Of a stretch of DNA of 64,000 nt, positions 10,077 through 23,020 are shown one piece after another. Each line of letters begins with the position of its first letter. Positions within the stretch are counted from its first letter, which is position 1. Origin of the DNA: a virus; IMG/VR virus record IMGVR_UViG_3300045988_043972, positions 1 to 64,000 of that record; one strand, given 5' to 3'. Below the pieces are notes generated by a model, which was given only the letters and a program-made list of their open reading frames with translations, was not told the DNA's origin and did not search any database. A program made the translations under genes and the position numbers.

Positions 10077-13000
10077 TCTTGTATAAATATTGGGTTAGTT
10101 AAATCAATTATTTCATCCTTTTCCATCAGGTTCTTTAGGAAGTTAATCTGTAATAACGGTATGGTTTTAGGATATAGAACTAATTTGTATAATACTATCG
10201 ACTTGTAGTTACTGCTCCAGTGTCCAATATCCAACCCGTTTTCGTCAGTATTAGAACCTACTGTTAAAGCACTACCGTTATAAGATGTTTTAGTTCCATA
10301 TATAATTGTATTTTCATTTAGTGGCAATAATGTAGGATTACCATAAGAATACTGTTGACTCCCATTTGATGCTATATAGTCAACAATAAAAGCACCACCT
10401 CCGACTTTATTACCTTTATACATTGTAGCACTATTAACATTATTATTTAAGTTCTCACGCTTAATTACATAGGTATAATCCGTCAACGCTGGAATATTAG
10501 TATTTACTGAATAATCCTCTACTCCATCATATACTAGACCATTTTCATATTCAGGAAGAACTTTAATAGTAATATCACTTAAAAAATTGGTAACTCCTTC
10601 TTCAATTGGACTTATTGAAAAACCTACCACAGCATTATTAATCAAAGCCTCTGTCGGAAGGAATGATTTGGGTAGTTCATGAGTACCATTCTCAAGATAT
10701 AGATTTGTTTCCTTAGTCGCATCGCTTGTTGCTAAATACTTATATATAAATTTAGACCTACCTTCTAACCCTTTAATTTCAATCTTAAAAGGAGGTATTT
10801 CTTTTATATTTTGAAGATTACCATTATATTTAACATAAGAATACAATAAAGCTAAACCTGCATTTAGAACATTAGTAATATGAATAGTATTACTAGTAAT
10901 ACTAGTAACATATCCGTTAGATTCATTCGCCCAAGTTTTATTAGCACCAAATACAACAGGATAACCATTATATCCACTCATACCTTCGTAAGTATGATTA
11001 TAATTAGTTAAATCATAATCACCTATGGCTACACCTCTTTGTTGAATAGTTGCCTTATCTGCATCGAAATTGGTTTTACCATAAGTGTCCCAATAATAAG
11101 GAGGAAGCTCTACTTTAGGTTCAATACCTATGTACTTGTTCAGGTTGAGTATCTCTTCGTCAGTTGAGATGTTGTCGAAGAGCATGAAGTCATAGAGAGC
11201 TAAACTACCATAGTTAGTATTCATATACGACTTGCCAATAATAGGATTGATATTACCTGTTGCGTAAGAAGTATCTAATATTTCTACAATATTATGAGTA
11301 ACGTTTCTTAATTGACTAGCAATAATATATTCATTTCTAATACCATCAATATATGTAGTACCAGCAGCATTTCTTCCTCTATAAGCAGAAACTCTAATAG
11401 GATCACTTGGGTTATTATAATCAGAACAATATATTGCAAAACCTCCACTACCTCTTTGGTCATATATAATACTATTAATGGTATTCCAATTCACCTTCAT
11501 CAACATCTGTTTACCTCCATTAGACAAAGTAGGAATAGTAACAAAGTCGTCTACGCCATCAAATTGATATGAACCATCTTCATTAACTCCACTTCCTTCC
11601 GCATAAGCAGAATTGTTTATCTTACCATGATTACCGTGACCTGATATATCAGGAATATAACCCAATATCTTATAGCTAGAATTTGGAATACGTAGTAGTC
11701 TAGGAGATAGAATACATTTAGGTTCATTATCATCAATTGACCAAATAGGGCTATTTGTCCAAGCAAATATCATCTCTTTAGCAACAGTAATATATTGATT
11801 ATTATCATATACATATACACCGTTGCACTCTAATTGACCCTTTAAAGTATAAGCTCCTTCTAATAGGTTTACAGATGAATTATACCTGATAGTATCTCCT
11901 ACTTTTAGCTTATCTCCCCAAGTATAAGTATAAGTTCTATCTAGGTTTTCTAACTTAACGAAACTTGGATACGGTTGCACAATATCCTCGTATCTAATGT
12001 ACTCGTCAACAGTGATGTTTATCTTTTGAGGAGACTTAGTAATTGGAAGAGTTACGTAATAAAATCCATTACTATTAATCTTAAGATTGGTATATTCAGT
12101 ACCGTTTACAACTATCTTAGTTACTTCATCTGCGTCTTTTGGTTTTACATAGATACCGATAGTACTATCCTTTTTTAAATAAATACCTGTTTTATCATCA
12201 TTAATAGCAGGTCTATATAATGATTTATCTCCTTGCCATATTTCTATTATATTCCATTTAACATTACTCTTCACTATCGGTCTAAACTCCACCATATCCG
12301 GATACAGCGTACCCAGCTTATGCTTCTTCAACTGACGCTCTATCAAGAACTCGGACATACTATAAGGGAAGGACATGAGAGAGTAGATAGCACCGTTAAA
12401 GAATCTTTGGTCATTGTCTCTAAATGTTCCTAGCCAAAGAGTATCACTATCAACTCCTTCGCCTACTGTTAAATCAACATCTCCACATTTATATTTACTT
12501 TGATATAACAAAGCTCTTGTAAAATCATCTCTATTAAATGAAGTAACTCCTCCAAAAGAATAAACCTGTTTACCCGGTTCAACTTCTGTATTAGCTGTCA
12601 TTAAAATAAAAGCTCCTTGATTAGCTACATGAGATTTAGATACAACACCAGCTACCCATCTTTCAGATGAAGCATAACTTATTCTCTCATAGTCTATAAT
12701 GAAAGTATAATCCTTGTAAATCGGCATTCCTGTCACCTTACCGAAGTCATTTACTCCGTCAAGGCATAGACCACCTGCGTGGGAAGGAATTTGGGTGATG
12801 GTTATATCACAAGAAGCATTATAAACGTTCTCTCCACCAAAACGTATATCTATACTTGTAGTATCATCGGGTGGAGTCATAGTGTATATACCATCTTCCT
12901 TTATTGAATGAAAATCAACAGTGTTTGCTCTATTTACTCTAATTTCTACTGACAAGCCATAACTCTTATACAGTTCTGTCACTCCTTTAAAGTCAGCCGA

Positions 13001-14194
13001 ATAAGTACCATTGATAGAATCATAATAAACAATACGAGCGTATTTATTCCCTTGTGTAACATTAACTTTCCAGTTAGGATAATTATACTTACCTATACCA
13101 CTATCTCCGTCCCAAGCAATATTGTTCAACTGAATATCCCTACCGTTGCCGGAATAGTCTATCAGCTTGTCGCCAAACTTTGCGTGGTTCTCGTTGGTGA
13201 TGCCCTGCTTCTCGATATTACACAGTATATCAGGTTTAAGAGTTCTATCCAAGTTGAAGTAAGCGATTACTTGGTTGATTTGGTCGGTAGTCAGTACCTT
13301 GTTGGCGATGATTGTCCAGTACCAAGCGACAGAGCTAAAATCACCAGTATTATTACCGTCATTATACGAATATCCTTGAACGCTAAAATTGCCATTGATT
13401 ATGGAGTCTCTATTGTCGCCATTAGACGTATAATCATTCTTATCACCTAATATATTATTTACAACTGACAAACCCTTTAAGTCAGAAGAAGTATATCCAT
13501 ATATTCCAGTCTTGTCGTAGTTATTCACGATATTACGGAAATAGCCATTGGCACTACCTCTTATATAATTGGTAAAAGATACATTATTAGCTGAATCTTT
13601 AACTTGATGAACCATACTCACCACCGTAATCTCATTACTTTCTCCCAGCATCTCCTGTACGGTCTTGGTGGAAGTAATCAGGTCGTCGATTCCATCGGTG
13701 ACGAAGGCACCATAGTAAGGACTACCTTTATCTGCGTAGCCACTTCCTTCGGTGTAAGCTGCGTTACTAATCACAAACGGATTGTCAGGGTCCACCAAGT
13801 TCTTGACTATAGCTCTATCAGAATCATTATTAGTCTTATTGCCAACTATAACTACAGCTTTAAGAGAGGCTAATACTTCTGGATCTATATAAGGAAGATC
13901 TGATTCCATATTACCAATCTTCCACTCTCCTAAGACACATGAACCTACTTTAGTGAATAGACTAATACGTATCCACGTATTCTTAAATTCACTTAGGTCT
14001 ATAGAATCTGTATTAGTATAGGTTCTTTTTAAAGTAGTATCTCCATATGCTATTACCTTTACTTCAATTGTACCTATATAGTTAGCTGGTTCCGCAGTAG
14101 ACTCATTGTCTGGTTGCAGATACCTAGTTAGCCTTGGAAATACATAGTATGCCTAAGGATTAATGAATATAGGATTATATAAAATTGTTTTCAT
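10073..14194 (-). CDS. 1373-aa tail/receptor-binding-type protein with four LamG/ConA-like modules
   Basis: Track ORF 10073..13909 (1278 aa, no TAG) extends 95 codons upstream in frame (one TAG) to ATG 14194, which is preceded by GAGGAGG. Four modules begin DG[IV][DNE]D[LFY] (FVTDGIDDL, LCLDGVNDF, YQFDGVDDF, LVYDGVEDY). Confidence 0.75.
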
Positions 14195-14211
14195 CTGTAT
14201 CCTCCTCTGTA

Positions 14212-14673
14212 TTACTTAATAGTAATAGTAATCTCTTCTCCATTCTCTACTGCTCCTTGCATCTTATCATATAATGCTTTAAACGTCACAGTACTTTCTG
14301 TTACTTTACCAACTACATTATTTTTTCCTACTAATAAGCACCCATCTGTATCCTCCTCTGTATTACCGATGTGAATTAGTATACCATCGAAACCAGGTGT
14401 ATCTAATAGTCTAGGTAATTTACCATTACAGAATTTGTATTGTTTATATTTACTAAACTTGGGAGATACAATATCTAAAGTAACTTTATATGTACCAGTA
14501 GGTATAGCAGTCTTACCATATACTTTGGCTTTCTATATATCCTCTATCGACATATCTTGTGTAAGTCCCCTATCCGTATCTTCAAGAACATTGCAGAACT
14601 TAACGCCATCTATATACATATTACTTATAGTATATGTACTTCTTTTTGCTATTCTTTCTGATATTATATGCAT
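14212..14673 (-). CDS. DUF5675-like protein, possibly cell-wall-active (153 aa, 1 TAG)
   Basis: ..GKTAIPTGTYKVTLDIVSPKF..LPRLLDTPGFDGILIHIGNTEEDTDGCLLVGKN.. resembles the DUF5675 signature as I remember it. Frame runs from ATG 14673 to TAA 14214-14212. Confidence 0.5.
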
Positions 14674-14927
14674 AATTTCAATAATAATATTATACCTACT
14701 TGAATTGCTTGACCTATAGTACCACCAATTATAGTAGCTATCCAATCTAACCAATCCCATTTACCACCATACATTTTATCTTTAAACTCCATACCTGATG
14801 CTAGACCAGCTACGAATAGTATGGTGAACAGAGCACCTGGTACTATTGCGTACTTCAGGTGCTTCATTCTATTACTCTCTTTTAACCATTTAATTTGCAT
14901 ATCTTGTAGTTCTAGGTTGAGCGTCAT
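14664..14927 (-). CDS. Small membrane protein (start uncertain)
   Basis: Track ORF with hydrophobic segments AIVPGALFTILFVAGLASG and IATIIGGTIGQAIQVGIILLL. Internal ATGs at about 14900 and 14866 are alternative starts. Confidence 0.5.
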   Translation of the reverse strand: MTLNLELQDMQIKWLKESNRMKHLKYAIVPGALFTILFVAGLASGMEFKDKMYGGKWDWLDWIATIIGGTIGQAIQVGIILLLKLCI

Positions 14928-15075
14928 AAACTATGCTGCCAAGTAAGTCAGCAGCCAAGTTCATGCCAAATTGTTTATCGTCATTATCTATTTCGTTTAC
15001 CTTGACTAATACATACTACAACATAGTATATATGCCTTCCAATAACTCTCTGTCAGTTAATAACTTCACATCCAT
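14890..15075 (-). CDS. Small protein, 61 aa (1 TAG)
   Basis: ATG 15075 lies 1 nt after the TAA of the giant gene. Frame is open to TAA 14892-14890 with one TAG. Confidence 0.35.
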
Positions 15076-15076
15076 A

Positions 15077-18000
15077 TTAATCCCTCATATTAGTTGCCCA
15101 TTGTTCTGGTATACTGCTACTATTAGTGATAAGACTCTTACTCATGTAAGCAAATACATTTTGTTTATTCGTATTAGTAAGATTATTTAACCATGTCCAG
15201 AATTCTGGCACAGAACCTGTTGTGGAAGTATCTCCATAGAATAAACCTGTTACATTCGTAAGATTCTTGTGTTTAGATTGAGTAAACAGATTTGATCCTA
15301 TCTTCTTAGGTCCTTGTCCCATCCATCCTCCAGTAGAACTGGTACTAGCTAATGCGTATGATATATTCTGTAATATGTAGTTATACTAGAATGTAGTATC
15401 ACTTAACTGTTGAACATCATCAGCAGAACCTTGGAATGTAGCATCGTAGAATAAATAAGATATATCTGTAAGAGCCAAGTTCTTACTAAGTAAAGTAGAA
15501 GGTATAACTACTTTTGTAGGTATATATATTCCACGGAATAGTCCTGAAACGCTTTTTAATGCAGTATTGTTAGATAACATATCAGAAGGAAACATCTGTC
15601 CATTATTACTATCATCATTCCAAGTATACGGATTAATGCAATAACAATACGCAAACACATTAGTTAAACTGGATATGTTAGTAAGAGTTTTGAATATTCT
15701 ATTTGGTATTCTACCATATATACCATAATTATATCTTTGTACTCCATGATCAGTTTTTCTACCACTACTTGTAAGAGCATTTGATATGTTAGTATTAGTA
15801 TTGTTGACGCAATATTTAAATAGATCTGACGGAACTATGTAATTCATACTATCTAATCTATTCTATCCAGCAGGACTAAGAGGATATCGCATATCGTCTT
15901 CATTGAAGAATTCTGATGGTATATTAGGATCAATATCTGTTATAACACCAGATTGTATGTTCTGATACAAAGTGCTATTCTATATCAAATCCCCTAGACC
16001 ATATACTCCATCATAGTAATCAATATTCCATATTTTCTTGTAAGGACTATAGTTTGGATTCTTTATTACTCTATGTATATCCTTATTGGGATTATCAATA
16101 TATTCTGGAGTAGAACCAGGATTATTAGGATCATACACTGGATTAGGTATTTGATCTCTCGGGTCATACGCAGTATTTACTATGAATTCTGAAACATTGT
16201 AATTCTCATTAGTTATTATCAAATCTCCTGCGTCTTCAACAGTATTTAATTCTACTTGTTTTCTGATGTATCCTTCCGCATTAGGGCTAGAGAAATTTGC
16301 TAATACATACCGCATATCAGTTATACTACTTCTAACAGCTTTTATTGATTCACTGTAATCAATAGTTTGTGGAAGTACTGCACCAGGATCATGTTCTCCT
16401 TCTTCAGTTATACCAAAGTTTTCAGTTATTCCTAGTCTAAGTGCATCTGCATGACTCCAACCAGTAGAAGATCTTACTACATCTCTTTCCATATAAAACA
16501 AACCATATGGAACTCCTCCTTCTTTTGTATAACTGTTTGAATCTTCATAGAATGCATACGCAACATTTGTAAGTTTACAATTAGTAAATCCCTTACCTGT
16601 TAACTTATACTTTACTGATTGATTTCTAAAACAACCTGTTATCTGTACTAGATTTGAACAGTCCTAGAAAATGGTTCCTGGTAGTTCATATACTACACCA
16701 CTGGAATTAGGAATAGTTATGTTAGCAAAGAAACATGGGCACGCAATTAGATTGACAACTCCTTTAAACACATCATAAGGATATGTTTCATCAGACTCTC
16801 TAACAAATACTCTATTTATACCAGCACCATGAAAACATGTAGCAGCCTAATCCGGAATCTGATTAGTATCTTCTGTATTACCTATGTATTGTAAAGTAAG
16901 TTTAATCTATCTAAACATGCTATTGTGTATAGGGAAATACACCTTGTCTCCATCATTAGAAGTTATATAGAAACATCCTAATAATTTAGTTATTTGCCTA
17001 GAGAATAAATTACTACTATCAAATGCTGAATTACCACCAAATAGATTAATCAATGAACCTTTAGCTTTGATATTTCTGAAACTCCAACTAACTACTCTTA
17101 GTTTGTTATTATAAGCAAACAACGGACTATATGTTACACTATCGTCGGTACTTTCTGTGTCGAAATTAAACCAACAACCATTAAACATATTAGATATAGT
17201 GTCTAGATTGGGAAGATCCCTTAATAATTTAGATGCTCTAGCATATGCTCTTCGTCCCTCTGCTACTTCTGTTGAAGTTAAAGTTTCATCACAGTTATCT
17301 ACAAATACTACATTACTACCACCGTAATTGAACATACTAGACAGATGCGCTAATTGTAAATATTGATTATTGCCTATCTATGCAAAGAATAAATCATCTA
17401 TATAGAAATTGCCAGCAGTAGTTTCGAACATACTATTGCAAGATACTAACTTCTTCAAAGGACTTAATAAACCATTGTATTCAATGATTGTATCTCCAGT
17501 GTGAGTAGGACTATACATAGGACCTGTCAGTCTAGTAGCATAGAAGGCATGCTAAGCATTAGTAACATTACCACAATATTTAAAGGTGTCTCTACTTAGA
17601 GGATTACTAAAATCTGTAATTACATTTGAACAAGAATGAAATATAGAAACAATGTTTTCGACATCATCACACATATTCAATATATAATACACATCATATA
17701 TGTTTACTTTAGTTCCTACAAAGCAGCTACTTAAATTAGTAGTACCTATGGATATATTAGTCTCTAATCCTTGATTGTTATCCCACTATTCCTAGCCTTC
17801 TGTAGTATCTGTATCTGGACCGTACCATTGCCCTCTAGTTGGTTTAATAGTAACGTCTTCTAGTACATCGTGTATAAAGAAGTTAGGGCAAGTATTGAAT
17901 ACACTTCCTGATGTTAGTTTTATGTGTCCGAATACTCTGGTTAAACTAGAACAGTTATTAAAAGTAGAACTATTAACTGCAAAAGGATTTGTTTTACTAT

Positions 18001-21000
18001 TCTTGAATTTTACATACTTAGAACTATTATAGTACATATACAGATTAGTAAAGGTAAATGGACTAAGATCTAGTATTCTTTCACCTGTAGATGTAGTAGC
18101 TACAGGATCATTTCCAAATTGGAATGCATTAATGTTACTTGAAGCAATATTTAATACCTTCAATTTATTGAATCCTGGTGCAAATTCAATTACATCAGTA
18201 GTATTTGTATTATCTAGATTCAGTTCTTCAAGATTAGGAGCTCCTACTAAACTAATACTTAAGTTAGCATTATTGCAATTAGATAGTGTTACAGATTTAA
18301 GTGCATTGGCATTTGATACATTAAATGTGGCTAACTTATTACAGTTAGGTGCATAAATTCTTTCAAGCTTAGCACAACCAATAATATTGATACTAGTTAA
18401 GTCACTCAAATTACGTAAGTCTAATTCCGTTATCTAGTTACAATTACTTACTTCTACGGATTGTAGTTTATTACACCCTGTAAAATCAATTTTACTAATA
18501 AAAGGTTGGTCAGCTAGAGTTACCCTTTCTATAGCAGAATTTGTTAAAGTAAGAGTAGATAATGCGGCATTAGGCAGTGCCAGTGAAGTTACACATCCAT
18601 TTGATATATCTATTGTCTTTAGTTTGTTATAGTTCTATATGTCTACTGGAAATGAGTTAACACCACTGTTTCCTGACCAAAAACTAGTGTTAGACAAATT
18701 AATATGTCTAATATCTGAAACACTCTTGCCATCCTATCTCTTAACGAATATAGTAGCAAAGTCAATAGGATTAGATGATAGTGTACTAGTATTCTATATA
18801 TCTATTTCAGACATACTAGGTAATGACATAGAAGTCATGAAACCCTAGAAACGTATTACATCTAGTCCCTTCATATTACTAATCTCTGACATGTTGTTAA
18901 CAGTGATCTGAGTATTAAATGATGAAAGAGATGGCAAGTAGATATCTGTATCTACATTCTCTTCAACATAATACCTAGTCTCACTACCAGCAGCATTACC
19001 AATGTTCACAGTAAGTATAGCAGGACTGTTCATCTTAACGGTTAGCTTAGAGTTGTTAGTCTAAGCACCACCACACTTGAATGAACCTTTTTCATTATAT
19101 GGATAGATGACATTATTGTTAGCAAACAAGAATACACCATCCATAAACGTTAGACGCTTCTTCAACCAATCTCTAACAAAGTCATTACGAGTACCGTGCA
19201 AGAACTCTACGTTCGCGTATGAAGCTGGACTATCATCATCTTTCTGATACTTAGTCAGATACTTAACACGATAGTCATAGTTGTATAGAAGCTCACCACA
19301 GTCTTTAGTTTGAGAACTGAAGTAATTCTCTACGAACATAGAAGAACTCGTTAGAAGCGAGCTATTCGTTCTCCAGAGATCCCATAGACCATTGTAATCA
19401 CTACCAGAATATACACCAGTACTTATGAATCTACTATCTCTAAGTACATCCCATAATCTACTAGAGTATTCATCATACCCGTTGTTAGGATCATTCTGTT
19501 TAATGATTAACGAGTTAACACCTGTAGTAGTATCTGCATTACTAAATCCATCAATGTATGCTGTCTTAGCTACATTCTCCTCACCAGTATTACTTAGACC
19601 ATTGGCTGTATCCATATCGTAGAAACAAGGATACCATTTGTTCATGTTAGGGTCTGTAGTAGATCCACCTACATTCCATGAACGTAATACCATGTTCTTA
19701 CCTAATGAGTCTACTAGACCGAACACTACGCATATCATAAAGTATGAATACGCATTACGTATACTCAATCTTAAAGTAAGATCATCAGCTAATGCTGACC
19801 ATGATTGCTGTGCAGGGTATGTAGCTCCAGTCTTTTCATAACCTTTGTTGATAGTATTCCACCTATACTTATCTATCTCTTCACCAGTCATACCAGCTAG
19901 AGTAGTAAATAGTAACTGTAGTCTCTACCATATATTGTTATCGGTTACAGCTGTAGCATCCTAAGTAGCACCATTAAACTTGAACTCTCCTACGTGTTGG
20001 ATAACAGTTAAGTCATCCTGCATGAACAATGCAGTGGGTTGTATACCTTCGGCTGTCTCGATGATATTCGCGTTATCACCAAACTCATATGAGTATATCT
20101 ACTGTTGATTGATACTACCAAAATTCTCATTTACTTTATATGCTTCATACTTAGTTATGAATGCTGGAAGTGGTTGATCAACGTACTCACCTGTTACATT
20201 CTTAATCTTAGTAGTAAAGTTCTTTAAGAACTTCATACCCATATTATAGTATGCTGCACGACCTAAATTGAATGAGTAGATACCCAACATCTCTTGAGTA
20301 CTAGTACCATCAAACTGGATAAGTAATATTACAGGAAAACCTTCTAGTGTATGCTTGATAGTTACATCAGTATGAGTCTAACTTGGAGTGATAGAGTCTA
20401 CAGGACGTCTAGCTTCAAGTTCCTACATAGGTGGTGTCTTATCAAACAACACATCTGCATTATCATTAATCCACTTACCTATAGAAGCATTGTTAGCATG
20501 AGCACTGTCTACTACGTCAGCTTTCAAAGTAAACTGATTCTCTGGCATCCATGTAGACTTAGGTTGGAATAACTCTGGTCCAATAGTTTTACCTTCATCG
20601 TCAGTAATTACTTTGTTAAATGCTATCTCTAAGTTCTTACTTCTATAACCAGTAGATGATGTACCCTGTATCTGTATAGACATTTCTGTAGTAGATACAG
20701 CTGAACCACTTGATGAATCTGGATCGAAATAACTGAATGTACAACCATTGTACATAGTAGTATTAGGACCAATAGCTTCATATACTGCTTTAGTAAAACC
20801 AGAGTTAGAACAGTTTATATATACTACAGGCAACGGTGGTTTCCTATTAACATCACCAATCAAACTATTAAAGTTTAACTTCGCGTATGTACCAGTTGAA
20901 TCATCCCATAGAGTTGATGAACTACTATTCTCTGTAATACTAAAGAAGTTCTTCAGTTTAAGGTTGTTATACTCTACGAAGTCTACTGAACCTGTGCTAG

Positions 21001-23020
21001 TTAACGTAGATCTAACTCTTGCATTAAGAGCATTAATAACTATCTGTTTATCGTTCAATGGACTTCTAAACAGATTCATTTCATAGAACTCTACATCACT
21101 GAAGTTAGAAGGTCTATCATTCTTATAAGTACATGCTAAGTATATCTTACTTGAAGTATTCCATGTAAAGTTATCCTTGATCTCTCTAGCTACATTCAAT
21201 ACACCATTAACAAAGATCTTTACTTCTTTATTACTTTGGTCTACTACGAAGTCTAGAGTATTAACAGTATTCTGTTGTATCTTACAGGATATACTTTCCT
21301 TAATAGCACCATCAGTATACTTCCACACAACATCTTCTAGACTTACTATAATACCTTCTTGGAACTCTCCATCAGATGAATAGTCACCGATATAGAATAT
21401 AGTTCTATCATTGTAAGGATGTAGGTCTGATTTAAATGTAGTAGATAATGTAAACCCTAATCTGGACCAGTTATCATTAGTAGAAGTAGCTGCTGCGAAT
21501 GGCTATAGATCAACTACAGCATATGCTTCACCAGACAGTCTCAACTTACTCTAACCATTCTCATTAAGGAAACCAGACAGTATACCATTAGTATCGTATA
21601 CATTTAAGTTAGTAGTAACAGATTGTTCTTCTTGCTAACCAGGCATGATGAAATTAGGTACTACGCTGGGCCAAACCTTAGCAGCAGTCTCCTATGGGAA
21701 TGTAGCTTGTTTAATGTTCCACTGAGCATACATTGTACTGTTAGGATTCTGCGTAGGTATAAGACTCTAGTCAGCAGCAATAACATTACATCTAAGAACA
21801 GTATCAGTAATAGGACTACCCTTTTCAGACCAACATCTTAAAGTAATAATATAGTCTCCTAGATAGTTTTCCTCTTGTGGTATAGACCAACTGAATACTT
21901 GAGCTTTACCTCTTAACACATAGTTGTTAGAGTTAAAGTTAGTTTCATCTGCATCAAACGTACCTATATCTGTAGTAAGTGTTCCTCTCTATATTCTTAA
22001 TGCATAGTATATAATAGATACACCAGCTAAGTAAGGAGTAAAGGAGAATGATATATTACCAGACTGTGCGAATTCAGTAGGTTCAATTCCTGCTTCTATA
22101 TCAGCTTGAGTAGTAATACCATCTATCAATACTACTAGAGTTTCACCATCCTCTACTACTACTTTATTAGTAACAGTATCAGATTGAATTATCTATGTAT
22201 CTACAGAAGTAGTAGCTTGTGCAGATATAGTATATGAACTACCGGCAGTAGGAGTAGCACCATTGAATAAGTCAAAGAAGTTTACATCCAATAGTTTAGG
22301 TTCTACTGAAGTAAACTTTCCTACAGAATAACTCTTAGATATACCATTAGTAGTATTAGTAACGATTAGAGATGTTTCAGATCCTAATACCTTATTAGTT
22401 ATCCTATAAGTGATATTATAAGGAAGACCAATAGTAGCAGTTACTGAAGTAACTGAAGATGTCAAACTAATAGATGATTCTACTACAGTAAGCAGATAAG
22501 GACTTACTGATAGACCTTCAGCATTCTCAGCAGTAACAATAACACTGTGGCTAGCTGAGTCAGAGAACTATGCAATATTAGGTATCTCTAATGTTCCTTG
22601 TACAGATGAATAACCTACCTAGTTAGATATGATAGTATTACCATCAAGTGATACTGATATGTTGTACTTCTCATTAGGTTTCGTAGATGAAATCAAATAG
22701 TTAAGTACAATCCTAGTTTCAGTAGAGTATAAGTAATGTACTCCTTCACTAGTAGTAATATTACCATTAGTGAGTCGGATGGAAGCAGTGGAACCTCCAC
22801 CGCCTCCTCCTCCACCTATAGTACCATTGATTACTACCCAGCTTAGATTTCTCTTCGTTTCTTCAACCTTATCATCCATATCAACTAATACCTAGTTGAC
22901 AGATTTATAAGTCTCTCCTTCACTTAGAAAGTGAGGATCGGTAACCATAATACCAGAAGCGTTTCCAGAAGAGATTATGTCCCAAGTACCGGTAGATTCG
23001 TTATACTTTTTTAAATTCAT
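15077..23020 (-). CDS. Giant 2647-aa multidomain tail-associated protein (TAG-recoded)
   Basis: Hand triplet scan of all gaps found 31 in-frame TAG and no TAA/TGA between ATG 23020 and TAA 15079-15077. This joins 11 track ORFs. Contains a LamG-like block (about 20.9-21.3 kb), a CotH-like block (19.06-19.89 kb) and Leu/Asn-rich repeats (17.8-18.8 kb). Confidence 0.85.
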
